Shown here: positions 45,412-58,300 of the stretch, piece by piece | Layout: every line of letters starts with the position of its first letter | Position numbering within the stretch: position 1 is the stretch's first letter | DNA from: an uncultured Verrucomicrobia subdivision 3 bacterium | Lineage (GTDB): Bacteria; Verrucomicrobiota; Verrucomicrobiia; Limisphaerales; UBA8199 | Assembly (NCBI GenBank): GCA_903913865.1 | Contig: CAIWMU010000214.1 | Location: forward strand, 69,386-133,385 | DNA: 64,000 nucleotides | Direction: 5' to 3' | The notes under the pieces: model-generated | The model's database searches: none | Told to the model about the DNA's origin: nothing | Seen by the model: the letters and a program-made list of their open reading frames with translations, nothing else | Translations under genes and position numbers: made by a program

Positions 45412-45545
45412 GCCTCAATTCCAGCATTGTCCCGCCCCGGTGTGTTGCTCCATATTCCATCCACACAACTTGAAATTATGAGCATAGGCCGTAACGATCC
45501 CTGCCACTGCGGAAGTGGCAAAAAATATAAGAAGTGCTGCCAGGA
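45213..45545 (+). repeat. Tandem-duplication block, copy 2
   Basis: See 43750-44085. Confidence 0.9.
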
Positions 45546-46620
45546 ACTGGACAGGCAGGCGGACCACACTCCCCCGGAAACCCTCGACAACGCTTTTGAG
45601 GACGCACTTGAGTCCAAGTTCAGAGGGCAACCGGAGGAGGGGCCGGATCAGCGCCTGGTGCATCGCCTGCATCCAGACACGCAGGTGCTGGTTATGCACC
45701 CCTATTCGTACTGCAAGGTGGCTGCCATGCTCACTCAATTGTTGCTCGTGGCCCGCGATTCCAAATGGAACAAACGCATCGACTTTCTGACATCAATCCA
45801 GCGGCTCGGGACGGAGGAATTGGAGGAAAAGCTGCGCCCACTGGTTGTCGGCTATGATCGCAAACGACTCGTCGAGGAGGGCGTTGCGGGTGAGTCGGTC
45901 TGGTTCCGGACCGCCAAATGGCCCACGATCGGCACCCTCAGCCCCGAAGAGGCCATCAACATCAGGCTGGCCACGTGCGAACTCTGGAAACGGTTCTGCC
46001 CGGACAAGCCATCACTGGAGATGGTCGATGACTGGATCACGGACGGGGCAGCCTGCCATTTTGAGGACGACTACGAGGGGGCCTTGCAGGCCTGGTACAT
46101 GGCAATCGACTTCCTTCTGGACCGTGTCACCCCGGAGATGAAGTCCCTCAGGGAGGCGGGAGAGGTTTTGCTGCCGAACATGTTCAAGGGTCTGTCAGAA
46201 CTGGTCCTGGGTTTTGGGAAGGTTGCCACAGACTCTTCCCCGATGAAACTCGAACTGGCATTGGTTAGCATCGACCTTCTTAAGAGAGTGCTTGCCACTT
46301 TTCCGAACGATCCCGACGCCCCGATAATCATCTGTGAGCTCGGGGATATCTACTACCTGAACGGCCAGTTGGTGGAGGGTGATGAATTCTACACGCTTCA
46401 ACTCATGAACCATCCCGGAAACCTTCAAATCCTCTCCCGCTTTCTGGACCGGATCCTTGACTCATTCAAAGCCGGAGTGGGTATTGTTGCGTCGGCAAGG
46501 CGCGGCTTGCTGCTGGTGGAGCAGTTCCTGCCGGATGCCGTCGAGGGGGACGGGGTATCGTTGTGGGATTACCGTGATGAGTTGCGCGAAATCATCGCTG
46601 ACCACAGCGTTCCCCGTTGA
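45478..46620 (+). CDS. SEC-C motif protein, paralog 2
   Basis: The first 23 residues are identical to paralog 1. It then diverges, with conserved islands (EGVAGESVWFRTAKWPTI, RFCPDKPSLEMVDDW, TPEMKSLREAG). Confidence 0.8.
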   Translation: MSIGRNDPCHCGSGKKYKKCCQELDRQADHTPPETLDNAFEDALESKFRGQPEEGPDQRLVHRLHPDTQVLVMHPYSYCKVAAMLTQLLLVARDSKWNKRIDFLTSIQRLGTEELEEKLRPLVVGYDRKRLVEEGVAGESVWFRTAKWPTIGTLSPEEAINIRLATCELWKRFCPDKPSLEMVDDWITDGAACHFEDDYEGALQAWYMAIDFLLDRVTPEMKSLREAGEVLLPNMFKGLSELVLGFGKVATDSSPMKLELALVSIDLLKRVLATFPNDPDAPIIICELGDIYYLNGQLVEGDEFYTLQLMNHPGNLQILSRFLDRILDSFKAGVGIVASARRGLLLVEQFLPDAVEGDGVSLWDYRDELREIIADHSVPR

Positions 46621-46638
46621 CCGGCCCCTCCGGGCCGG
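46621..46638. terminator. GC hairpin between convergent genes (CCGGCCC-ctcc-GGGCCGG)
   Basis: Located in the 21-nt gap between the stops at 46620 (+) and 46642 (-). Confidence 0.45.
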
Positions 46639-46641
46639 GGT

Positions 46642-49997
<3,356 letters not shown>

Positions 49998-50001
<4 letters not shown>

Positions 50002-51062
50002 TTCAGGTTGACCTGCTGGTTGTCCATCAGGAGCGCCGCACCCTCCACCACCACCATCTCCCCGCCAGCCAGCCCGGATAAAATCTCAATATCCCCGCCC
50101 ATCCGCCGCCCTGTTTTCACGAGGTGCATCCGTGCCGCCTGATCCGCCACCGCGAAGACCATTTCCATCTGCCCGCGCCGCACCACCGCCGCTGCCGGAA
50201 CATGAATGGATTCCCGATCCCCCGTCGGGACGCCCAGCCGCACGAACTGGCCGGAGCGCAACCCCGTGCCGCTCCCGATGTCGAACTTCACCCGCAGCGT
50301 GCGCGTGATTGAATCGATGGAGGGGGCAATTTCACTCACCGCGACTTTCAACGCATTCGTCCTGCCATCGACCCGCATCATCAACTCGCCACCGGATTTG
50401 ATCCCGGCACTGATCGCCTCCGGAATGTCCACCTCCAGTTGCAACGCGCCGGGGACTTCCAGTTCAAACAGCGCCTTCCCCGGTGCCGCAAGATCCCCCA
50501 CATCCGCCCACTTGCGGGTCACCACCCCGGCAAACGGAGCCTTCATCTCAACATACCCGAGCAGCACCCGGGCCTCCGCCAACGCCGCTTTGGCCATCGC
50601 AAACCGGGTCTCGGCTGCATCATACTCCGATCGGGTGCTGGCCTGCTGCTCAAACAATGCGCGCACCCGGTTCCATTCCCGCTCGGCCTGCTGCAACCCG
50701 GCATCCGCCTGCTGCTCCCGGGCCCGCATCTCCGCCGCATCCAGCTTCACAACCACCTCCCCCGCCTGAACCTTCTGCCCAAGACGTACCGGCATCTCCT
50801 CGATGCGCCCGCTGATCCGCGCCTCCACCACCGATACCAGCCTGGCCCGCGTGGTCCCCATCACTTCCTCCTCGGTGGCCACCAGGCCGCTCTCCACCTT
50901 CAACACCCGCACACTCGCGGCGGGGAGGTTTGCCGTCTGACGCGGGTGCGCCGCCTCCTGCTTTTGTCCGCACCCGGTCAGCAGCAGCACCAGGGTGCCC
51001 GTGGCAACCAACCGGCTTGGAAAATGGGATGGGATTTGATCAACCATGTGTTCAGCTTTCAT
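49998..51062 (-). CDS. RND periplasmic adaptor (MFP/HlyD family)
   Basis: Lipoyl, hairpin and beta-barrel pattern ([24 protein letters not shown]; [16 protein letters not shown]). Overlaps the RND start. Confidence 0.9.
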
Positions 51063-52492
51063 TCTCTTGATTGGAAAAGTGTTGTTTGGCGGGCAGGTTC
51101 GAGGCCCGTCTTCCCCGCCACTGCCTCAAGTTGCGGCAGTGCCAGGGCCTTGCGAAGGGCCGCGATCGCGATCCGGCGATCCGCATCCGCCTGGGCACGG
51201 CGCACCCGGGCACCCACCAGGGCCGTTTCAGAATCGATCAACTGTGTGGCAAGGGCCTGACCCTGCTCAAACCGGACCCGGGTGAGCTTGACGCTCTCCT
51301 CCGCACTCGCCACTGCCTGGGCGGTCACCTTCAACCGGTCGTTTGCGGACTTCAGCTCCAGCTCCGCCTGCTCGACTTCCAGCTCGATCGCGAGCCGGAT
51401 CTTGCGCTGTTCCTCCCGGCTGGTGTTGAGGTTCGCGGACGCCTCCTGAACCTTGGCCCGTGTGAGCTTGCCGTCCCAGATATCCCACTGCATCAGGGCA
51501 CCAGCGGTGTAACTCCCGCCATCCCCCTCCGTCCTCCAACCCCGATCGTAATCCAGACTCCCAAAAGCACTGAGCTGCGGATAATACCCGCTCCTGGCTC
51601 CACGCACCTGCTCCTGCGCCGCCCGCTCCCGATGCCCCGCCGCGACCAGTTCCCCGCGCAGGGAGATGTCCCCCGAACCCGGCGTACCCACCTCTGGGGC
51701 ATCCCCGGCCACCGCAAATCCGCCAGCCTCAACCCCCAGCAGGTTCCGCAAAGCCCGCTCGGCAAGCGCCCTGGCGTTCTGCGCCCGCACCTGCTCCTCC
51801 CGCGCACCGGCCAGCCGCACCTCCAGATCCAGCACATCGGTCCTGAGCAGGCTGCCCCCCTCAAGCCGCCGCCGCGCAATTGCCACATTCGCCTCGAACG
51901 ACTGCGCCGCCGCATCCGCCGCACGGATGAACTCCCGGGTCTTCAGCACCGTGTAAAAAGCCCTCGCCACCTCAAAACCCAGCGCGTTGCGCACCGCCAC
52001 ATCCTCCTGCCTCGCCGCATCCACATTGGCCTTCGCCGCCTCCCTGCCTGCCTTGTTCCGCCCGCCCCGATAGAGCGGCATCGTCACCATCCCCTTGAGA
52101 TTCAAATCATCCATGTCCGGCACATCATTGAAGTTCAGGCTGGATCGAAACGCCCGCTGGTTCAGGATGCTCCCGAACGCCATCATCGGATTATCCGTGC
52201 GCGTGTAGCTGGATTGCACCTGCACCTGCGGCCAGTAACTGGCATCCGCCTGGGCCAAACCCGCCCGCGCTGCGGCAATCCGTTCCCGCGCAATCCGCGC
52301 ATCCGGGTTCTGCACCATCGCCTGCGCCAGCGAGCGCTCCAAAGTCCACGGCTCCGCCCCCCCAACCCGCCCCGCCGCCATCAGCATCCCCCCCAGCACC
52401 ACTGGCAACAGCCATCCGGGCAATTCCCTGCCCCTCAAAACCCCCATTCCAGTCCCCCTCCGCCAATCCGCCCGGATCACTTGGAGCAGCAT
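51059..52492 (-). CDS. TolC-family outer-membrane efflux protein
   Basis: Two OEP repeats, coiled-coil-rich (YWPQVQVQSSYTRTDNP..., YYPQLSAFGSLDYDRG...). Confidence 0.9.
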   Translation of the reverse strand: MLLQVIRADWRRGTGMGVLRGRELPGWLLPVVLGGMLMAAGRVGGAEPWTLERSLAQAMVQNPDARIARERIAAARAGLAQADASYWPQVQVQSSYTRTDNPMMAFGSILNQRAFRSSLNFNDVPDMDDLNLKGMVTMPLYRGGRNKAGREAAKANVDAARQEDVAVRNALGFEVARAFYTVLKTREFIRAADAAAQSFEANVAIARRRLEGGSLLRTDVLDLEVRLAGAREEQVRAQNARALAERALRNLLGVEAGGFAVAGDAPEVGTPGSGDISLRGELVAAGHRERAAQEQVRGARSGYYPQLSAFGSLDYDRGWRTEGDGGSYTAGALMQWDIWDGKLTRAKVQEASANLNTSREEQRKIRLAIELEVEQAELELKSANDRLKVTAQAVASAEESVKLTRVRFEQGQALATQLIDSETALVGARVRRAQADADRRIAIAALRKALALPQLEAVAGKTGLEPARQTTLFQSRE

Positions 52493-52758
52493 GTCTTCCC
52501 CTTCTCATCCTTGCCCACGCTGCCGCCGCAACACGATTGCCCCTTCTCATCCTTCCCCTCACTACAGCAGCAGCACGACTGCCCCACCCCCATCTTCCGC
52601 AGGATGATCTCCAGCGGACAGAAGTTTGTGAACGAGGACTGCAACAGGTTCACCCCCACAAAAGCGGTGAACCACAACCAGTTGGGACTGTGATACTTCG
52701 CCAGCACCAGGCTCAACAGGATGAACGTTCCGGCAAATCTGCGTATGATAAGTTCCAT
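52477..52758 (-). CDS. DUF2892 (YgaP-like) membrane protein with Cys-rich repeated tail
   Basis: Internal ATG 52758: MELIIRRFAGTFILLSLVLAKYHSPNWLWFTAFVGVNLLQSSFTNFCPLEIILRKMGV. The tail is GQSCCCCSEGKDEKGQSCCGGSVGKDEKGKTCCSK. Overlaps the tolC-like start by 16 nt. Confidence 0.75.
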   Translation of the reverse strand: MELIIRRFAGTFILLSLVLAKYHSPNWLWFTAFVGVNLLQSSFTNFCPLEIILRKMGVGQSCCCCSEGKDEKGQSCCGGSVGKDEKGKTCCSK

Positions 52759-52999
52759 AATTTCTATACAGCTTGAGCCCGATCCACCCGAAAAGTTACA
52801 AACTTCCTCCCCGCCCCTCACAGCAGCCCAACCTCCCCCACACGGGCCACCCAACAACCACCCCCCGGCTCCGCCACGGCCTTGGCGCCTGCCGCCGCCA
52901 GGGACTCCGCTCCACCGGGGGGGCTGACCCAGAGTGTGTTGGACAACACACAAAACACTGAAACACAACAAAACGGTAACCCGGTGCCGTGGTGAGTTC

Positions 53000-53035
53000 T
53001 AATTGTCACTGATGGCGAAGAATAATTGTCACTGA
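53000..53035. promoter_or_regulatory. Two copies of TAATTGTCACTGA spaced 23 bp start-to-start (possible operator)
   Basis: Exact 13-mers at 53000-53012 and 53023-53035, in the AT-richer gap between the efflux operon and the tRNA. Confidence 0.3.
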
Positions 53036-53237
53036 CCAACTACGCCGCCACCGCAGCCTCTCCCACAACTGCTCCACCCACCACACCCTCCCAACCCTCA
53101 TCCCATCCCCCTTTCCTGCAGTTCGTGCCTTTCCTGATTAAATCCCCCCCGCACACTCTCACAAAGAAACTCACTTTCGAGTGCTTGCTTGATGTTGCTT
53201 GCGGAGGATTTCCCGTTTATGATCAACTCACATCGGA

Positions 53238-53313
53238 GCCTCCATAGCTCAAATGGATAGAGCAGCGGTTTCCTAAACCGTTGATCCCTGTTCAATTCAG
53301 GGTGGGGGTACCA
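53238..53313 (+). tRNA. tRNA-Arg (anticodon CCT), CCA encoded
   Basis: Hand-folded cloverleaf. Acceptor GCCTCCA/TGGGGGT (two G-U pairs). D arm GCTC-AAATGGATA-GAGC. Anticodon arm GCGGT-TTCCTAA-ACCGT. T arm CCCTG-TTCAATT-CAGGG. Discriminator A, then CCA. Confidence 0.9.
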
Positions 53314-53504
53314 TTCTTAAACCGTTGTAAATCAGCCTTTTATGTGACTTTCCTGCGGTTTCCCATTTTTCCACCAAACCCCCAAAAGTGGCAAAAAGTG
53401 GCATTTTCAGGCAAAAAGAGGATAGCCGCCCTTTTCACGAACCGATCCCCCGCACCAGACCCACTGTTCCAGCCTCCCACTGCGGCGCTCCGGGATGAAG
53501 GGGC

Positions 53505-54116
53505 TCATAGCTGGTAAGCAACTGCCCCCTCTGGTGTTACGTCGATCAGTTTCCTGGCGACCAGGGCAGTCACGATCTCCTCAACTTCCACATCGGTCAA
53601 TTCTTTCTGAAAAAGCGCATTGATTGTCGTCAATAGGGACCTCCTTCGCTTGGGAAGAGTGGCTTTGCTTTTCTGGAAGCGCTCGACCACCCACTCCACC
53701 CTCTCGGCCAACGAAAGCCGACCCTTGACCACCAGTGCCGGGATCCTGGCAAACTCCTCATTCCGGCTGGCCCGGATGCCGCTGCCGCGCATGTGCTCAA
53801 TCAATGGGTCGTAGTCCTTGTCCCTGGCAAGAATGTGGTAGTAACCGTTTGGATCGACCTTGGCCTGCAGTCCGACGTGATACGCGAGCACCAAATCCAG
53901 AGCGTTCGGGCTCGCCCCTTCCGATTCGATCCACTCCACCTGATCATGGTAACGGTGGATCTGTCTGGCCAGAAGGGACGGCAGCGTCTTGCGACGCTGC
54001 CCCACCACCAGGAACACCTTCACGGCCTTGCCGGCGATGAGATCGAGATCCACTTCCTGAACGTTCTCGTAATCAACAAAAATGTAGTTCGTCCGAATGG
54101 CTGCATCTGTGGTCAT
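53505..54116 (-). CDS. NYN/PIN-like (LabA/DUF88-type) domain protein
   Basis: Internal ATG 54116 preceded by AAGGAG. NYIFVDYENVQEVDL, VFLVVG, ALDLVLAYHVG, HILARDKDYDPLIEHMR match the NYN acidic-residue pattern (by eye). Confidence 0.65.
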   Translation of the reverse strand: MTTDAAIRTNYIFVDYENVQEVDLDLIAGKAVKVFLVVGQRRKTLPSLLARQIHRYHDQVEWIESEGASPNALDLVLAYHVGLQAKVDPNGYYHILARDKDYDPLIEHMRGSGIRASRNEEFARIPALVVKGRLSLAERVEWVVERFQKSKATLPKRRRSLLTTINALFQKELTDVEVEEIVTALVARKLIDVTPEGAVAYQL

Positions 54117-54748
54117 GAATCTCCTTTGAAGGCACGGTCGAGGGCGTGATATTCCAGGAGGAACACCCTGGCTGCAACGTTTACTGCGCAAGTGCCGCCC
54201 ATGATGAATTGTGACTCGATTATAGGGAGGTCAGGGTGGGCTTGCACGAAAAAAGCCTGCGCTTCTGTCCGGGCCCGGCACGTCAGCGTGAGGGGCTTGG
54301 GATGTGTGGAAAGTCGGAGGGGCAGAGAATTGACGGCACCGTCCCTCCCTGACGCCACGGGTTTCGGCGGAGCCCCGGGCTGGCGGACGGAAGTCTAACC
54401 CGACACAGAACTGATGATATTTTGGAGGAAGCCGTTCATGCCCACAGGGTGGCACCCATTCAGGGCTTTGTGACCGGTATTGGGAGGGGGGCGGACCGGG
54501 AAGGGGAAACCCAAAAAAGTTCAGTGCGCCCTGAAAGGCCAAAACAGGTCCACAAAATACCCAATCCGCCACCCCCAACACGGTCGTGCCCCCCACATTT
54601 CCAATTCCTGATCGCCGCCCGCCCCACCCACAACGGCCCAACACCCGCTTGAAGCCCTCACGCATACGCTCTGGCTGTCCTGGTGACCTGAATCCTTTGG
54701 GTTGCGGCTCGTCAAAAATCTTGGGATGATTGTGAAGCTCTTGAATTT

Positions 54749-55309
54749 ATGTATGGCATGGTAAACAAGGCAGTCCAGGAAATGGTCTGCATGCACTATG
54801 GTGAACCGGTGTGGGAGGAGATCAAGACCCGGGCCGGAGTGGATGTGGAGCTCTTCTTTGGAAATGAATCCTACCCCGACGACATGACCTACCGGCTCGT
54901 CGTCGCGGGCAGCCAGGTGCTGAATCTGCCCCGGGAGAAGGTTCTCGAGGCGTTCGGCGAGCACTGGGTTGTCCACACGGCCAACGGCGGGTTTGAGGGG
55001 CTAATGCGGGCGGCGGGAAAAACCCTGCCGGAGTTCCTGAAGAACCTGCCTGTTTTCCATGACCGGGTGTGCCTCATCTTCCCGAAGCTCCAGCCACCCC
55101 GGTTCACTATTTCGGACGTCACAGAGCATTCTCTCAACCTTCACTACTTCTCCGACAGGCCCGGCCTCACCCCCTTCGTCGTCGGTCTGCTCAAGGGGCT
55201 CGGGAAGATGTTCGGCTCACCCATCGGGGTTCAGATCCTCGAAACCAAAGCCACCGGTGCTGATCACGATGTCTTCCACGCCGACTGGTCAAATACCCCT
55301 CGGGCATGA
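54749..55309 (+). CDS. hnoX: H-NOX (heme-nitric oxide/oxygen binding) protein
   Basis: MYGMVNKAVQEMVCMHYGEPVWEEIK, proximal-His region LPVFHDRV, Y-x-S-x-R motif (YFSDRPGL). Confidence 0.92.
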   Translation: MYGMVNKAVQEMVCMHYGEPVWEEIKTRAGVDVELFFGNESYPDDMTYRLVVAGSQVLNLPREKVLEAFGEHWVVHTANGGFEGLMRAAGKTLPEFLKNLPVFHDRVCLIFPKLQPPRFTISDVTEHSLNLHYFSDRPGLTPFVVGLLKGLGKMFGSPIGVQILETKATGADHDVFHADWSNTPRA

Positions 55310-58300
55310 ATGGCAAGGATAACCCTTATCAGGTCGGACTGCCCCCTGCCCAGTTCGCCGCAGCCTTCCCCTTCCACATCATCCTGGATGAGCAGCTTTG
55401 CCTCGTCCAGGCTGGATCGAGCCTCACCCGCATTTGCACCGACCTGTCTCCCGGCAACCCCATTGCAAACCTGTTCCAGATCCTGCGCCCGGGTTTGGAC
55501 TGGAGTTTCGCCTCGATCACACAAGGATACAGGCAGTTTTTCCTGCTCCTCCACAAAGCCTCCGGAATGAGGCTCCGGGGTGAATTCCTCATCCTTCCCT
55601 CTTCACCCGCCTGCACGAATGTCAGGCAACCGGGTCAGGATGCTCCCAACACCGCCGCCCCCATCCCTTCACAAGTCGCGATTTTTCTCGGCTCCCCATG
55701 GTTCTATGACGCCTCCGAAATCCCCAGGATGGGCCTCGGTTTCGAAGACTTCGCCGTTCACGATGCCTCCGTCGATCTCCTGCAGGTCTTTGAAACCCAA
55801 AAAATGGCCCTTGCCGACGCAAGAAAGTTGCTCATCAAGGTTTCCAGCCAGCGGGAGGAACTCCGCGCTGCCAATGATCGCCTGCGCCAGGAGCGGACAG
55901 ACGCCCAGAAACTCGCCATCATCGCCGCCCGCACAAACAACTCCGTGGTCCTTACCGACCCTTCAGGCCATGTGGTCTGGGTCAACGAAGGCTTCACCCG
56001 CCTGACCGGTTACACCCTCGAGGAAATGTCAGGCAAAAAGCCGGGCCGCATCCTCCAGGGACCGGACACCGATCCCACGGCATCTGAGATCTTCAAGGAA
56101 CTCATCCGCCAAAAGCAGGTTGGCAAGGTCGAGATTCTCAACTATGGGAAAAACGGATCTCGTTACTGGTTGTCCATCGAACTGCAGCCCATCCGCGATC
56201 CACAGGGGAACTTGACCGGGTTCATGTCGATCGGCACGGATATCACCGCCCGCCGGGCCGCCGAGCAACGGCTGAGCCTGGAGCGGGAACGTCTTAAGAG
56301 CATCATCCAGGGCAGCGACCTCGGCACCTGGGAATGGAACCTCCAGACCCACGAGGTCTTAATAAACGACCTGTGGGCCAACCTCATCGGCTATACCCTC
56401 GAAGAACTGGCCCCCGTCACCATCCAGACCTGGAGGAACCACACCCACCCCGAGGATGCCCAAACCGCCTGGGAGATCGTAAAGCGCCACATCGCAGGCG
56501 AACTCCCGCACTACGATTGCGACGCCCGAATGCGCCACAAGGATGGGCACTTCGTCTGGGTGCGGAACAGGGGGCAGATCCTCAACCGCTCGGCAGATGG
56601 GAAGGCCATCGTGATGTTCGGCACCACGACAAACATCACAAACCGGAAGCGGGCGGAACACGCACTGGAAGCCTCCGAACGGTTCGCCCGTGCCACGGTG
56701 GATGCCCTCTCCGGGCACCTCGCCATCCTGAATGAAGAGGGAGTCATCATCCATGTCAACCGCGCCTGGCGCGACTTTGCCACAGCCACTTCGGACAATC
56801 CCTCCAGCCTGTGCGAGGGTGCCGATTACCTCGGCGTGTGCGACAGGTCCGGAGCCGCAGGTTGCACCGATGGACAGATTTTCGCCGAAGGAATCCGTTC
56901 CCTGCTTAAGGGACATCATCGCGAATTCAGTCTAGAGTATTTGCGCACAGGCAAGCTGGATGAACAGTGGTTCATTGCCAGGGTCACACTCTTCCCATCC
57001 AACGACCGGCGGATGGTGATCATCCACGAAAACATCACCTCCACCAAGGAAGCCGCCCGGCAACTGCAACTCTCCAACACCCAGCTCGTGGAGGCCACAG
57101 CCCGGGCGGAATCCGCAAACCGGGCAAAAAGCGACTTCCTGGCCATGATGAGCCATGAAATCCGCACCCCGATGAATGGCATCATCGGCATGACAAACCT
57201 GCTTCTGGACACCCCCCTCACAACACGCCAGCGGGAGTTCGTCTCCACCGTCGGCCAGAGTGGCGAGGCCCTCCTCGAGATCATCAACGACATCCTCGAC
57301 TTCTCGAAGATCGAGGCCGGCCGGTTGCAAATCGAGCCCAATAATTTCCATCTCGGCAGACTCCTCAAGGGGGTTCTGGAACTGTTTGAACCCCGCATCC
57401 GCGATGGGAATGTGACCCTGACCACGGAAATCGCGGAGGATGTTCCTTCTGGCATCCGTACCGATGATGGCCGCCTGCGGCAGGTGCTCTTCAACCTCGT
57501 CGGCAACGCCATCAAATTCACCAAACAGGGCGGGGTCATCCTGCGTGTGATCAGGATGCCTGCGCCGGAGCCACAGATTGCCATCCCCGCCCTCCAGGCC
57601 ACTTCTCCCGAGGGGACGTCCGGGCTGACGTCAAGCCCTCCCCCGCCCATCTCCGCGCGGTTGCGCTTCGAGGTTCAGGACTCCGGTCTGGGTATTTCCG
57701 GGGCCGATCAAAAGCTGCTCTTCCAACCGTTCCTCCAGGTGAACCGATCCACCACCCGCAAGGAGGGGGGAACCGGACTGGGTTTGGCGATCACCCGCCG
57801 CATCGTGGAACTTCTGGGCGGCACCATCGGTGTGGTCAGCACCCCCGGGAAAGGCTCGACCTTCTGGTTCGAACTGGCGGTGGAGACCCTCACCAGCACC
57901 GAACTGGCGGAGATGGTCACCCTGGAGACTGAACCGGAGCAGGCGGGTGAACCAGAGCCAGACTTGGGCCATGAACCCCTCCGCATTCTTGTCGCCGAGG
58001 ATCATCCCACAAACCGGCGCCTCGCTCTCCTGGTGCTGGAAAAGCTCGGGCATCATCCTGACATCGCTGAAAACGGTCTGGAGGCCGTGCGGGCCTGGAG
58101 CGAGCGGGGGCATGACCTGATCCTCATGGACTGCCAGATGCCTGAACTGGATGGATTCGATGCCACCCGCGAAATCCGCCGCATCGAAGCACAGCGGGCA
58201 TCCTCAGACCGCCCCCCGGTTCAGATCTTCGCCCTCACTGCAAACGCCCTCACCGGCGACCGCGAGCGCTGCCTTGAGGCGGGAATGGATGGCCACATCA

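Noticed and set aside
52759-52971. N-terminal extension of the DUF2892 ORF (164-aa version).
   Set aside because: The extension is Gly/Arg/Trp-rich and unlike the family. ATG 52758 starts exactly at the conserved two-TM core.
54231-54240. 10-nt match to the tRNA-Arg 3' region as an att site.
   Set aside because: It is too short to distinguish from chance in GC-rich DNA, and no integrase is present. I kept it only as a weak note inside the tRNA-locus finding.
54192-54748. Possible ncRNA or small gene in the 560-bp gap upstream of the H-NOX gene, including the 144-aa reverse ORF 54231-54665.
   Set aside because: I found no recognisable RNA-family motif (SRP, 6S, tmRNA, riboswitch cores) and no convincing coding features. 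It is left unannotated. Transcriptome data would be needed.
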